From contig JAGLLT010000028.1 in NCBI GenBank assembly GCA_023140385.1, positions 1 through 45,679 on the forward strand: DNA of 45,679 bases, in the 5' to 3' direction. Source of the stretch: Candidatus Omnitrophota bacterium. GTDB lineage: Bacteria > Omnitrophota > Gorgyraeia > JAGLLT01. The notes under the pieces were generated by a model. That model searched no databases. It was not told the origin of the DNA and worked only from the letters and a program-made list of their open reading frames with translations. Below are positions 27,052 to 37,400 of the stretch, one piece after another. Within the stretch, counting starts at the first letter, position 1. Each line of letters begins with the position of its first letter. The translations under genes were made by a program, and so were the position numbers.

Positions 27052-28053
27052 TTAAAACTTCAATTTTGGCCAGCGTTCTTTCATCTTTTCAATGTTTCTC
27101 CTGGTAATCAGCCTGACCGGCGTCAGCTTAACCGGTACCCGAAAAGAGCCATTTTCAATGGTTTTCTCTGCCCCAATATCTTCACCCTTAGCAATCTTTA
27201 CTGCTACCTTAAAGGCCTCCAGTCCCAACTGATAAGGCATCTTATCTACGTCAGCATTATTGGTGCCGTTGATTATCGCCTGGCAACTGTCTTTATCCGC
27301 GTCAGAGCCGACTGTTACAATCTTTTCCGTTAATCCTTCAGCTACCAGAGCCTGGACGGCCCCCATAATCATTCCGCTATTGTTAGCCAGTATTCCCTGA
27401 ATATCATTATTGTGATTTGTCAGGGCATTCTCCGTCGTTGCCATTGCCAGGTCCCTTGACCACGATCTGTGCGCCTGGTCAACAATTATTTTGATGTTGG
27501 GGTACTTTTTTAAGACGTCCTTATTGCCGGCGGTAATTTCCCGCGCAACATCGTTGCCCGCCTCACCCTCTAAGATAATTACATTTCCTTTCCCGCTGAG
27601 CTTCTCGGCCAGATATTCAGCCTGAACCTGGCCCACCAAAAAACTGTTGGCGGTTACATGGCAGGCTACCCCGACGTTGTCCGGGAGCCTGTCCATAGAA
27701 ACTACGGGAACGTTTTCTCTTTCCGCTTTTTTAACCAAAGCGGTGGCGGCAACAGTATTAACCGGATGCAGAATTAAAACATCAATCCCCCGCGCCAAAA
27801 GATCTTCTACGTTTCCCACCTGATTCATCTCATTATTGTTGGAAGATGCCCATAAAATCTCAACGCCGCACTCATCCTTATTGTCCATCATCGCCTGCTT
27901 CATAAAGGAATAAACGGCCTCTTTCATTGTCGCTACACTCACGCCAATCTTAATCTTGTCCTCAACCTTCGTCTCCTCTTTCTCTGAACAGGAAGAGGTA
28001 AAAACAGCGACAACCAAAAGTAAAGGCACAACTAAATATTTAAACCTTTTCAT
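27052..28053 (-). CDS. Sugar ABC transporter substrate-binding lipoprotein (RbsB/XylF family)
   Basis: Lipobox-like FTSSC; KIGVS, GIDVLIL.P, PVVSMDR, VGSD periplasmic-binding-protein type I motifs. Confidence 0.9.
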   Translation of the reverse strand: MKRFKYLVVPLLLVVAVFTSSCSEKEETKVEDKIKIGVSVATMKEAVYSFMKQAMMDNKDECGVEILWASSNNNEMNQVGNVEDLLARGIDVLILHPVNTVAATALVKKAERENVPVVSMDRLPDNVGVACHVTANSFLVGQVQAEYLAEKLSGKGNVIILEGEAGNDVAREITAGNKDVLKKYPNIKIIVDQAHRSWSRDLAMATTENALTNHNNDIQGILANNSGMIMGAVQALVAEGLTEKIVTVGSDADKDSCQAIINGTNNADVDKMPYQLGLEAFKVAVKIAKGEDIGAEKTIENGSFRVPVKLTPVRLITRRNIEKMKERWPKLKF

Positions 28054-28123
28054 ACACCCTCCTTTTTAAATAATTTATATATAGTTAACTTTTTTCTTAC
28101 AGCTTAATTTTTACACAAACAAT

Positions 28124-28152
28124 AGTTTAACACTTAAAAACACACGGAACAA
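28124..28152 (-). promoter_or_regulatory. Possible sigma70 promoter of the ABC importer
   Basis: Minus strand TTGTTC, 17 bp, TAAACT with an extended -10 TG. Confidence 0.4.
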
Positions 28153-28206
28153 GGATAAAAAATATAAATATATTATTGCGGATTGACGGGTTAACAAGTG
28201 AGTCAG

Positions 28207-28242
28207 TTAGCGGGTTAACCGGTAACCCAATTAACCCGCTAA
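28207..28242. terminator. Perfect 12-bp inverted repeat within an 8-bp periodic tract, downstream of the CBM32 gene
   Basis: TTAGCGGGTTAA-N12-TTAACCCGCTAA; no clear U-tract. Confidence 0.45.
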
Positions 28243-28261
28243 TCTAAATACATTAAGCCTT

Positions 28262-28738
28262 TTAGTTACCGTATGCCGCTATCTCAAGGATGGAGTAGCC
28301 ATATTCTGAAGTGCGCTCAAGGCAGTAAACGCGAATATATCTGGCCGTAACACCCGAAAGGGCCACAACCTCAATACCTGCCTCTCCGTCATAAATCTCT
28401 ACCGCGTCATTCCAGTTTGAGCCATCCGAAGACGTCTGAACCTTATAGGCAAGAGCGGCGGCCAATTCCCAGGCAATAACTACAGTATTAATCTCCCGGC
28501 TGCTGCTAAGGTCAATCATCAGCCACTGGGCCCCTTCGCCATATTCCGATGCCCAGCGACTGCCAAGGTCACCGTCAATAGCTTTTCCCGCCGCAAGATC
28601 TTCATTTTCGGCCGAAGAAGCCTTCACCTCAACAATTGCCAGGGAATTCAACTTACCGCTGGCCGCTTCAGATAAGCCCAAAGCGGAAAAAGCCAAAAAC
28701 AGGCATATTGCTACCGCCAAAATCTTTGCTTTTTTCAT
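28262..28738 (-). CDS. Secreted stand-alone F5/8 type C (CBM32) protein
   Basis: Signal peptide; ASS, AIDGD..SRWAS, QWLMIDL, ARYIRV, GYSILEI; RBS AAGGAGG. Confidence 0.9.
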   Translation of the reverse strand: MKKAKILAVAICLFLAFSALGLSEAASGKLNSLAIVEVKASSAENEDLAAGKAIDGDLGSRWASEYGEGAQWLMIDLSSSREINTVVIAWELAAALAYKVQTSSDGSNWNDAVEIYDGEAGIEVVALSGVTARYIRVYCLERTSEYGYSILEIAAYGN

Positions 28739-28779
28739 TTTAACCTCCTTTTTTTGGGTAGTGGTTTAACTACTTTATA

Positions 28780-31005
28780 TCAACAATATATCAACACTTT
28801 TTTAGCCGCCGCCGGCAAGGTTAACTCCTTTTCTTTAAAATCATTCCACTCCCTGCCGTCTACGGTAACTTTTGTGATTGACTCTTTAAGGGGGAGCTTC
28901 AAAAAATATCCTTTCAGGCGCGTATTCTCTGAAGCTAATTCCAGCTCCAGAAAGCCTTTTTTCAAACAACTCTTCAAACAAAAACTTATCTCTCCAAAAT
29001 AGGTAGGAGCGTTTTTAACCTCAATAATTTTGCCATCCTCAAGCCAGTTTTGAGGAATAGAGGACAGAAGAACCAGCCTCTCGTTTTCCTCCCGCAGAAG
29101 CATATTCCTTAAGGTAAGGACATAATGAGAAGCTGACCAGCAGTGAGGGATATCGCAAACCACCCCTTCACTTATTTCTCTTAAGCCTTCCTTGTTGAGC
29201 CGGGTATACATCGCCTCCATCCAGCCCCCGGGGCAGGATTGATGTTTAAGGCTCCACTGAACATTCTTTAAGGTAACCTCCTCCATTCCCAAAAACAGAG
29301 GCGCGTGAGCCAACATCACGTTATAGCCCCAGAAGTACTCTTCATACTCTACATACCAGCCGCCGTCATACCCGGAAAACCCGCCGCTCTTCTGCCAGTA
29401 ATGCTGATATGACCGCTTGAACAAGTCCAGAGGAACCGGTATGCCTAAGCTCAAACCCGGAAAGAGGGCGGGGCGATGAGCCCAGGCCATCTGTGCTTCG
29501 CCTAACACTCTGTGATCTTTGTCCACCGTTCTCTCTTCCGGCGGCCAGTAATCGGCAAAGGCCGGCACATAGTCAACACCTTCCCGTTCCATAACTTTTT
29601 TAAAACTCTCCATAAGACAGTTAAAAAAGTCCTCATACTCTTTTTTAAGCCAGCTCAAATCATCTTCTTTTTTTAGAGCTTTGGCCGCCTCAAGAGCCGC
29701 CTTCACCCCTATAAGCCCCCACCAATTATCTACATATAGATGTGTCTTCCTTGTAAAGTTATCCTGGCTCACACTATCCGGAAGTAGGCCGTAAATAGGC
29801 CCTTCCTTTAGTTCAGGGGTCAACTGTTTTGCCCGCAGAGACTTAAGTCTTTTGGCATCAGTTATCATCCGCGAATAAACTTTTTCCAGCCAACTTCTAT
29901 CCCGCGTAATCCGGTAGTGCTCGTATAAGCCGAAGATACACCCCCCAAGCCCGTCTAAATAGGGATCCTCGTCTTTAAAAACGAGGCGGCCGGCGGCCGC
30001 TTCCGCGGTACGAAACAGGCCGGCCTTATCCAGAGCGCCGCCCATCTCTATGGCATCATGAAGCGTATAAAAGTCATAAAAATAAGGCCCCGGCCAAAGT
30101 TCATTTCCGGTCATTGATATCAAAATGTAATAAATAGAAGAATAAAAACAATTAACGTACTCTTTGTCGGGAAGATTTAGCTCCAGGGGAACTCTCTGTT
30201 TCCAGTATTCCTTGACCTCTTTAAGGCTGTCGGAAAAATCAAGGGTATCAATTAAAGATAAAAGACTGTCATTCTCTTCAAAGCCGGCAGGCACCAGAAA
30301 GTCATACTTCTCTTTCCTCCCGCCTTTTAATCCTACCTTATAAACACAGGCGCCGCTGGCATACCCCATTTCATCCACCACTTCAGCCTTAGGCGGAATG
30401 AGGCCGTCTTTGGCAAACTCCCAGATATCACCTTCTTTTACAGCGCTAAAACCAAAAGCGTCAGGTGTTTTTTTCATATACAGCGCCGTTCTTTTATTAA
30501 CCTTTACCGCCCGGCCGTCGTCATAAAATATCTCTTTAACCCCATCATCTCTTCTTCTGGTAAGTCCTGAATGGCGGATAACCACGTAAAGAGACAGCTC
30601 CTTTTCCTCCTGCTCCTTATTCTCGAGAGAGGTTCTGGCAAAGGTCATTAATCCCTTAGCCGGATCAATCTCTCTGGCAAAGATAGTCGTGGTTACCTCA
30701 AGGCCGTCCTTTTCCCACTTTACTATTGAGACAGGAAGACAGCCTTCTTCCAATGTCCAATTCGTTTTAAGCGTCTCCGGGGTATAAAGCTCCTTTTTTT
30801 TATGATCATAAATCCAGAAGGTAACCAGGTGAGGGTGAGGATCGGGGGCAAATGAACCATCTTCACCCACAATTGTTTTACGGTTATTCCCCTCCGCCCC
30901 GACAAGGCCGCGAATTTTCTCGTAGGTGCTCCATATCGGGCAGGCCTTTTTTTCCCTAAGATATTTTGGGATGTCCTCTTTTTTTATTGAACTTAACTCA
31001 GGCAT
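28780..31005 (-). CDS. Putative (alpha/alpha)6 glycoside hydrolase-like protein without signal peptide or CBM
   Basis: Colinear similarity to the catalytic regions of 31072-34293 and 37706-41320 (GEDG, YGLLPDS.S, DN.W, D.PH.W, PTYFG.I); in-frame stop 7 codons upstream of the ATG. Confidence 0.7.
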   Translation of the reverse strand: MPELSSIKKEDIPKYLREKKACPIWSTYEKIRGLVGAEGNNRKTIVGEDGSFAPDPHPHLVTFWIYDHKKKELYTPETLKTNWTLEEGCLPVSIVKWEKDGLEVTTTIFAREIDPAKGLMTFARTSLENKEQEEKELSLYVVIRHSGLTRRRDDGVKEIFYDDGRAVKVNKRTALYMKKTPDAFGFSAVKEGDIWEFAKDGLIPPKAEVVDEMGYASGACVYKVGLKGGRKEKYDFLVPAGFEENDSLLSLIDTLDFSDSLKEVKEYWKQRVPLELNLPDKEYVNCFYSSIYYILISMTGNELWPGPYFYDFYTLHDAIEMGGALDKAGLFRTAEAAAGRLVFKDEDPYLDGLGGCIFGLYEHYRITRDRSWLEKVYSRMITDAKRLKSLRAKQLTPELKEGPIYGLLPDSVSQDNFTRKTHLYVDNWWGLIGVKAALEAAKALKKEDDLSWLKKEYEDFFNCLMESFKKVMEREGVDYVPAFADYWPPEERTVDKDHRVLGEAQMAWAHRPALFPGLSLGIPVPLDLFKRSYQHYWQKSGGFSGYDGGWYVEYEEYFWGYNVMLAHAPLFLGMEEVTLKNVQWSLKHQSCPGGWMEAMYTRLNKEGLREISEGVVCDIPHCWSASHYVLTLRNMLLREENERLVLLSSIPQNWLEDGKIIEVKNAPTYFGEISFCLKSCLKKGFLELELASENTRLKGYFLKLPLKESITKVTVDGREWNDFKEKELTLPAAAKKVLIYC

Positions 31006-31071
31006 AGCTTTTAAAGTTCCTCTCTATAATGCGTGTATAGTTTGTAAAAATTACCAATACCATTCGGTCTA

Positions 31072-34000
31072 TTAGTAGCTGGCGATTATCTCAGCCGGTA
31101 CTCTGTAAAAAACAACTTCACCCGGCGGAGACATCTCTATCTTTTCTCCGTTGAGACTAACCTCTTTAATTTTCTTCGGCCGGGGAAGCATAAAAACAAA
31201 ACCACCCGGCGGAGAAACAGCTTCACCGCCGACTTTAATTTTTAAAATGTTGTTTTCTTTATTAAGAGCGTAGCTTATCTTCCCGTAATAAGTCGGCATA
31301 CCTTCTACAGATACCCCCTCTTTTGAAGACAGCCACTTTTCATCAATTCCTCCGCCTAAAATCAACTTATCTCCCGCTTCATAAACAAACAAAGAGCGTA
31401 CCGCGTTTATGTACTCAGCGCCGATCCAGGTATGGGGCATATCCCCTAGATAAAACGGATACCGATAACCGGTATCAATTACCTCGGCCCACTGATTCCA
31501 GGCTATGGGCTGACGATGTTTCAGCAGATACTTTAATGTATCAAGCGCCCGGACTCTCTGTCCCATATAAGCAAAGGCTGCAGCATTTCTTATTTCATAA
31601 GGCCCGAAAATAAATCTTGAGGTCGCGCTGGCAAACATTCTTTTTTTCAACTCAAGATAATATTTATTAAAGGTATTATTTGTTTGCGGCTTAGGGAGGT
31701 TTAGCAATTCGTCACAATATATAATCGCGCAAGCCGTAGCCGCGGGATCATAATCAGCTTTTTCGGCACAACCGGGCACATAGTCTATATTTTTTGTTTT
31801 TATGACCATGTCTATTGACTTATAAACTGCTTTTTTAAGTTTGTCATATTCTTCTTGAGCCCATTGAGCCAATTCATCATCCTCCATGGCCTGGGCAATT
31901 TTTACACCGGAACGCCAGCCTTCCAGGGCCCAGAAATTATCCCAATATGAATGAACCGGGGGGACATATCCTTCGTGGCTGATAGAATCCGGGAGTATTC
32001 CGTAAAAGATTCCGCCTTCAATTTCTTCTTTATACTCGGGAGTAAGTCTCATTTCGCGCAGAAAAATCAGGTACTCAAGGGCTTTAATAACATTAGGCAG
32101 TTTAACCTTCAGCCACTCCGTATCTTTAGTAAAAAGGTAATACTGGTAAACGGTAAAGACAAACTCACCCTGGCTGTCATATTCATCGACCATCTCCGGC
32201 CCTTCCTCCATACGTATAATAGGCGGGATTTCACCGGTCTCATATTGGTATTCGGTATACCAGTCAATAAATTCTCTGGCTTCCTCCACCAACCCCAGTT
32301 TCAGGAAAACAGAGCTGACAATGCCGCCATCGCGTATCCAGGCCTTATCATAATTTCTCGAGCCCGGCTGTAGGCTGGGGCCGTCTTTGGTTATCAGGTT
32401 ATAGGCAATATTAGACTTAAATGTATCTGTCATGGCCTTGTCTGGAATATTTATTTCAACAATATTTACCTTTGATTCCCAAAAATCAATTCTTTCCTGA
32501 AACATTTTTTTAATCTCAGCGCTGATTTTATTTTCTTTCATGTCTATCTTCAAGCGCGGGGCCTTGTTGTGAAACGGTATGGCTATAAAATAATCCTTTG
32601 ACTCTCCCGGTTTGAGTTTATAGCTATACTCTAAGGCTCCGGAAGCATCCCAGTCAACAGGATCCCAATCAGCACATTGGGTTAAATCTTTGTCAGGAGG
32701 CAAAACTCCTCTTTGTATAACATTGACAATATCTCCCTCAGGCAGATTATCAACCTGGATTAGCCCCGGCTGAACACCGAAATCAACCGGTTTTATTAAG
32801 GGATAAATTTTATGTTTTCGGTTGACTTCAACAGTATAATTTTCATACTGGATATTATGAACAGTTGTAAAACCGCCTCTATCCTGACATGGCCACCAGG
32901 GCGGGTATATCTGAAAGGGACGTATAGTCAAAAATAACTTGCCGGACACCGTTTTTTCGCGGTTATTTGTGATATTATACCACGCATAAGCGCTGGATTC
33001 ACCGGGTTTGCCATGGGCAAATAATTTTATTTGCATGATGATATCTTTATAATCCCATTTTACTAACGGTAAAGGCAGGTATTCGTTTTCCAGAGACTGG
33101 GTTACTATCGCGTCTTCCCGGGTAATAAGTTTATTATCCAGGTATAAGAACGGCATAATAGAAAAACCCTGTTTATGCGGTTCTATGGCCCCGTCTTCAC
33201 CGAAAAGCGCTTCTTTGTGATCATCCGCTACCCCGACTATGGTCCAGTAACCCTGCTCCTTAGATAACCACCTGGGATAATACCCCAAAGGAGATTTCTC
33301 AGCGGCTGTCTCATAGGCCTTTTTTCGCAAAATCTTCTCACCCAGCGGCATAACCTCAACTTCCTTTATGCCAAAGCCTTTTCCCAAAACAGATTGCTTT
33401 AGAATAATTCTTAACAGCCTTGTTTGGGTTTCTTCAAAGTATATCCTGTCCCTGCCGCCGTTTCCCTGAGTTAGATTACAAATAGTAAACCAATCCTTGC
33501 CGTCGTCTGAAGCCGCGATATCATAATGCTTGGCGTAATCCTTGTCCCAGTAAATAAATAGTCCGCCAATCTCCTTCTGTCCGCCAAAGTCAATCTCCAG
33601 CCATTGTTTGTCTTTAGTCTTACTGTGCCATGCCGTGGCCTTCTTGCCGTCAATCGCCCTTGAAGCCCGCTGCCCAAACTTCGCGGATGACGCTCTGGCT
33701 GTTTTTTTGAGATTTGACTCCGCTCCCTGAAACTCAACAAAGGCTAATTCATCAATATCCACATATCCCTTGCCACCCTTACCGCAAGAGATAACAAATT
33801 CAATTTTTCTGACTTCCTTTAATCCTTTTCCGCCTCCCGGCCCCCAGCCGTAAGTTATATTTCTCTTGCTTAAAACTATTTTTCTCCATTTGCCGGAAAA
33901 GCTAAAGTTCTCCCACTTTTTCCAATAGATGTCACCTTTTTCATCAATAAGTTTAAACTCAAGATTATTGTCCGGCAAGTTGCCTTTAATGTAAAAAATA

Positions 34001-34293
34001 AATTTATAGTTCTCGGGAAGCGAAAAAGAGACTTCTTTGCTTAAACCGACGTATCCTTTGCGTCCGGTAAAATCACAACCTATGCGCAGAGACCTATCTC
34101 TAAAGCCTTTCTCAAGCGACACATCCAGCTTCGTGCCCTCTGATTCAATGGCTTCCCACCGCCCTATTTCATCAAAACTATCCATAACCTTTTGAGAATT
34201 ATCTTGAGTTGACGCGGTACAACAGAAAAACAAAAGAAAACACAAAGGAATTAAAATAATTATAATCGCATTATTTAACTTATTCATATACAC
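31072..34293 (-). CDS. Secreted CBM-like + CBM32 + putative (alpha/alpha)6 glycoside hydrolase
   Basis: Signal peptide; galactose-binding-fold N-domain; discoidin motifs; QPGSR.YDK.WIRDG, EYDSQGE, SHEGY, SYWDNFW, GDMPHTW. Confidence 0.8.
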   Translation of the reverse strand: MYMNKLNNAIIIILIPLCFLLFFCCTASTQDNSQKVMDSFDEIGRWEAIESEGTKLDVSLEKGFRDRSLRIGCDFTGRKGYVGLSKEVSFSLPENYKFIFYIKGNLPDNNLEFKLIDEKGDIYWKKWENFSFSGKWRKIVLSKRNITYGWGPGGGKGLKEVRKIEFVISCGKGGKGYVDIDELAFVEFQGAESNLKKTARASSAKFGQRASRAIDGKKATAWHSKTKDKQWLEIDFGGQKEIGGLFIYWDKDYAKHYDIAASDDGKDWFTICNLTQGNGGRDRIYFEETQTRLLRIILKQSVLGKGFGIKEVEVMPLGEKILRKKAYETAAEKSPLGYYPRWLSKEQGYWTIVGVADDHKEALFGEDGAIEPHKQGFSIMPFLYLDNKLITREDAIVTQSLENEYLPLPLVKWDYKDIIMQIKLFAHGKPGESSAYAWYNITNNREKTVSGKLFLTIRPFQIYPPWWPCQDRGGFTTVHNIQYENYTVEVNRKHKIYPLIKPVDFGVQPGLIQVDNLPEGDIVNVIQRGVLPPDKDLTQCADWDPVDWDASGALEYSYKLKPGESKDYFIAIPFHNKAPRLKIDMKENKISAEIKKMFQERIDFWESKVNIVEINIPDKAMTDTFKSNIAYNLITKDGPSLQPGSRNYDKAWIRDGGIVSSVFLKLGLVEEAREFIDWYTEYQYETGEIPPIIRMEEGPEMVDEYDSQGEFVFTVYQYYLFTKDTEWLKVKLPNVIKALEYLIFLREMRLTPEYKEEIEGGIFYGILPDSISHEGYVPPVHSYWDNFWALEGWRSGVKIAQAMEDDELAQWAQEEYDKLKKAVYKSIDMVIKTKNIDYVPGCAEKADYDPAATACAIIYCDELLNLPKPQTNNTFNKYYLELKKRMFASATSRFIFGPYEIRNAAAFAYMGQRVRALDTLKYLLKHRQPIAWNQWAEVIDTGYRYPFYLGDMPHTWIGAEYINAVRSLFVYEAGDKLILGGGIDEKWLSSKEGVSVEGMPTYYGKISYALNKENNILKIKVGGEAVSPPGGFVFMLPRPKKIKEVSLNGEKIEMSPPGEVVFYRVPAEIIASY

Positions 34294-34338
34294 CCTTTCC
34301 GGTTAATGAACCCGTATTGTCAAAAATATTCGAATTTA

Positions 34339-34487
34339 AATAACCAATAACCAAGAAGCAAGATACAAACAAATTCCAATCTTCAATAACCAATCACCAA
34401 ACCGCCATTCTTGTTTTATTTCTGTTTGGTTATTTGAATTTGGTCATTGGTTATTATTTGGTTATTGTTTCTTGTATCTTGGTTATT
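34339..34487. repeat. Heptamer-periodic inverted repeat element (two 64-bp arms, 21-bp spacer)
   Basis: Left arm of AATAACC-like units in a 7-7-7-7-4-7-7-7-7-4 pattern, mirrored in unit lengths by GGTTATT-like units on the right. Confidence 0.85.
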
Positions 34488-34495
34488 TTATTCTT

Positions 34496-37400
34496 TCAAT
34501 GAACCCCAATCTCCCAAAGTGAATATCCCCAGTCCTCATTGCACCTTTTTTTTCCGAAAATTCTTAGATATCTCGCTTTTTGCGAGCCTACATCAATAAT
34601 GTCTTTGCCCCCGTTTCCTCTTAACTCTGCATAAATGGTTTTCCAGTTTTGGGCATCATCTGAAATTTGAACCTCATACTCGACAGCATAGGCACTTTCC
34701 CAGTTCAGAACGACCTTTTCAAAACCCTTGCATTCTTCAAAGTCGAGCATAATCCACTGTGGATCTTCACGCGACTGACTGCTCCACCTGGTGCCCGTAT
34801 TACCATCCACCGCTTTATCGGCAGAAACCTCCATATCATTGTCTTGTATCGAGGAAGCTGTAACATTCTTTATATAGGTGGGAAGGACTTTTTCTATTCG
34901 TTCAAGGCATTCATTAACATCAGAATATGTCGAAAGCAAATTTAATAAATACTGCCTGGCTACCGGATCCACTCTCCGGGAATAGAGGCCGTTTTCTTTA
35001 ACAGACTCATTGGTCAACCTGCCTCTTATTTGTATCCTTGAAACCACGATAACACCATTGCCCCACACGGTTTCAAAAACATTGGAATATTTTAAATTTA
35101 AACCGCTCTTAGCCAGTACCAGCTTGGGGCACATAGGCTCAACGTCACACTGAGAAATCATTTCTCCTCCCCAGCCGCCGTTAAACATTTTCAGGTGCTC
35201 CTGATCAATTCTATCCCACAACGAAAAACTCATATCCTCCCCAAAGCAGTACGAATCATAGCCTCCATTATCCGCGTCTTTTCGCGTATTCATAGCTATC
35301 GTTAACCCGGGCAAAAAAGAGTACTTCTTTTTCGTGTAACCTGTGATTCCATAACTGGGTTCAATAACTATCAAGCCGCCTCCTTTTTTTACAAAGCTGT
35401 CTATTTCCTCCATCCGGCCCGCGTAAGCCTCATCCAACAAAGCGCCTTCTCCGAGAATCAATACGTCCTGGCGGGACAACTTGGAACCTTTATACTCTTT
35501 AACCTTTAGGCCTACCGATTTTAGATAGTCAAAGATTTCACCATCAGGATCATAAACCATTATTTTGCGGCGTGTCAGATTTTCAGGCATAACCGGTTCA
35601 TAAATATGCGCTATCTTTTTACTGAGAGCTGATAGCTTTGACTTTTCCCTGAGCTCTGCCTTAAGATAACAGGTTCCAATCTTTTTAGGCATTACCCACT
35701 CTATCTTTTCAACCTGCCTGCCATGCGCCGGAACGGTTACCTCTAAGCTCTTTTCAAAAAAGACATCTAAACCATCCTCGCCGGTTATTTTACAATCCAG
35801 CGTTCCAGATTTAGGCTGATGGGTATCGTTAAAAAGGTAAACGTTTATATTTCTTTTCTCCGACGGCAAAAAGTGCCTGTCCCAAAGTTCAATGCTTACG
35901 CCAAACGGACTAAAGACATCCTTTAGAGCGGCCATAATGGGTTTCACTCCCGGGTCAGCGATGTCTCCGGTAAACCAGTTGGCGGTACAGCCATCCCCAT
36001 TGCTTAAATAAACAAAGGGCGCGATTCCGTCTACGTCCATCCTCCTGAAGAGTTCGCACAGGTCAGAAGCAAGCCGGGCCTGATACTCAAGGCGTTCTTT
36101 TTTAGTGCTGTTCATACCAAGCCAGCGGGGAAGAACATCGCCCATCAAGCTGGACGGATTTCCATTCTTGTCCAGCCAAAACCAGACAAACTCATTTAAA
36201 ATAGTAGGCTCGCTGCTGCTTTCTACTTCATCTAAAGAACGGGCATAGCCAAAATCATCCTTGTTTAAGACGGGGCCCATTGAATATATATACGGATGGT
36301 CTTCGGAGAAATCTACAGGATGCCAGGAGTCAAAGTCAATGTTGTGATTTAATCCGCACTCCCAGGGGCGGGTTGGATCAATTTTCTTCATCGCCGGTAT
36401 AATCTTGTCCCTTATCACCTTTCTGCTTATCTCGCCGGCATCATGCGGTTCATTCATAGCGTCCCAGATAACAATGCTGGGGTGATTGCAGTTGTCATAA
36501 ATCCACTGGGTAAACTCTTTTTTTATCTGCCTCCCGGTGCCGGTAATAACCCAAAAGGCCCATTCATCCTGAAGCATAATTCCATACTCATCCGCGATGT
36601 CGTACCACTTGTTATAAGCATGTCCAATATGAAAGCGGAAAAAATTAAAATTGTGAGCCTTGGGTATATCTATCAGTATCTTCTTAATCCAGGCTTCATT
36701 CCATGGCAGGCCTTTCCTGTCCGGGTCTGATAAAAAGCGGTGAAAGGCAATATTGCTGCCTCTTAAAAACACGCGCCTTCCATTTAAATAAAAGTCAGAG
36801 CCGACTATCTTAAATTCTCTCATTCCAAAAGTAGTAACCAGCCTGTCGGCTTCTTTGTCTTTTGCCTTAACGCTCACGATCTGCTGATAGAGAAAGGGGT
36901 ATCCGGATGACCATAATTGCATATTAGAAATTGGCAAATTTACAATAACGGTTTTTTCTTCTTTGGCGGACAGGATACAGGTGGTATTAATTTCATCAGA
37001 GGCAGATTTCCCCGACTTTTTTTCAATGACCTTTGAAGAAAGCACAATCTTCCGCTCTATATCTTCTAAGTTCTTAAGGGTTATTCTCGCCTCAGCCACA
37101 CCGATATCAATATGGGGAATCATCTGCACTCTTTTGATAAATGGATTGTCCATAAGAATTAGTGACACATCTCCCCAGATACCTGGAACAAAAAACTTCT
37201 TTTCATATCCATAGCCTACAGCGCCGATTTTGGGCAGGGTTTCTCTGGTTCCCACTCTGATGATAAGCGTATTTTCACCGTTATAATTTATGGCCCTGGC
37301 GGCCTTGTAATTATGCGAAGTATAACAGCCAAGGTAGCTGCCTATATGTGTTCCGTTAAGCCATGCCTCTGTGCCATATTTTGACTGTTCAACCCTAACA

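Noticed and set aside
24387..28053. Assigning rbsBAC or xylFGH gene symbols
   Set aside because: The family is clear but the substrate cannot be determined from sequence by eye.
31026..31042. TAATGCGTGTATAG as a fifth copy of the operator palindrome
   Set aside because: The right half-site is missing and no promoter was found alongside it.
34339..34487. Heptamer tract as a CRISPR array or simple microsatellite
   Set aside because: Units are 7 bp, degenerate and inverted between arms; reported as a periodic inverted repeat instead.
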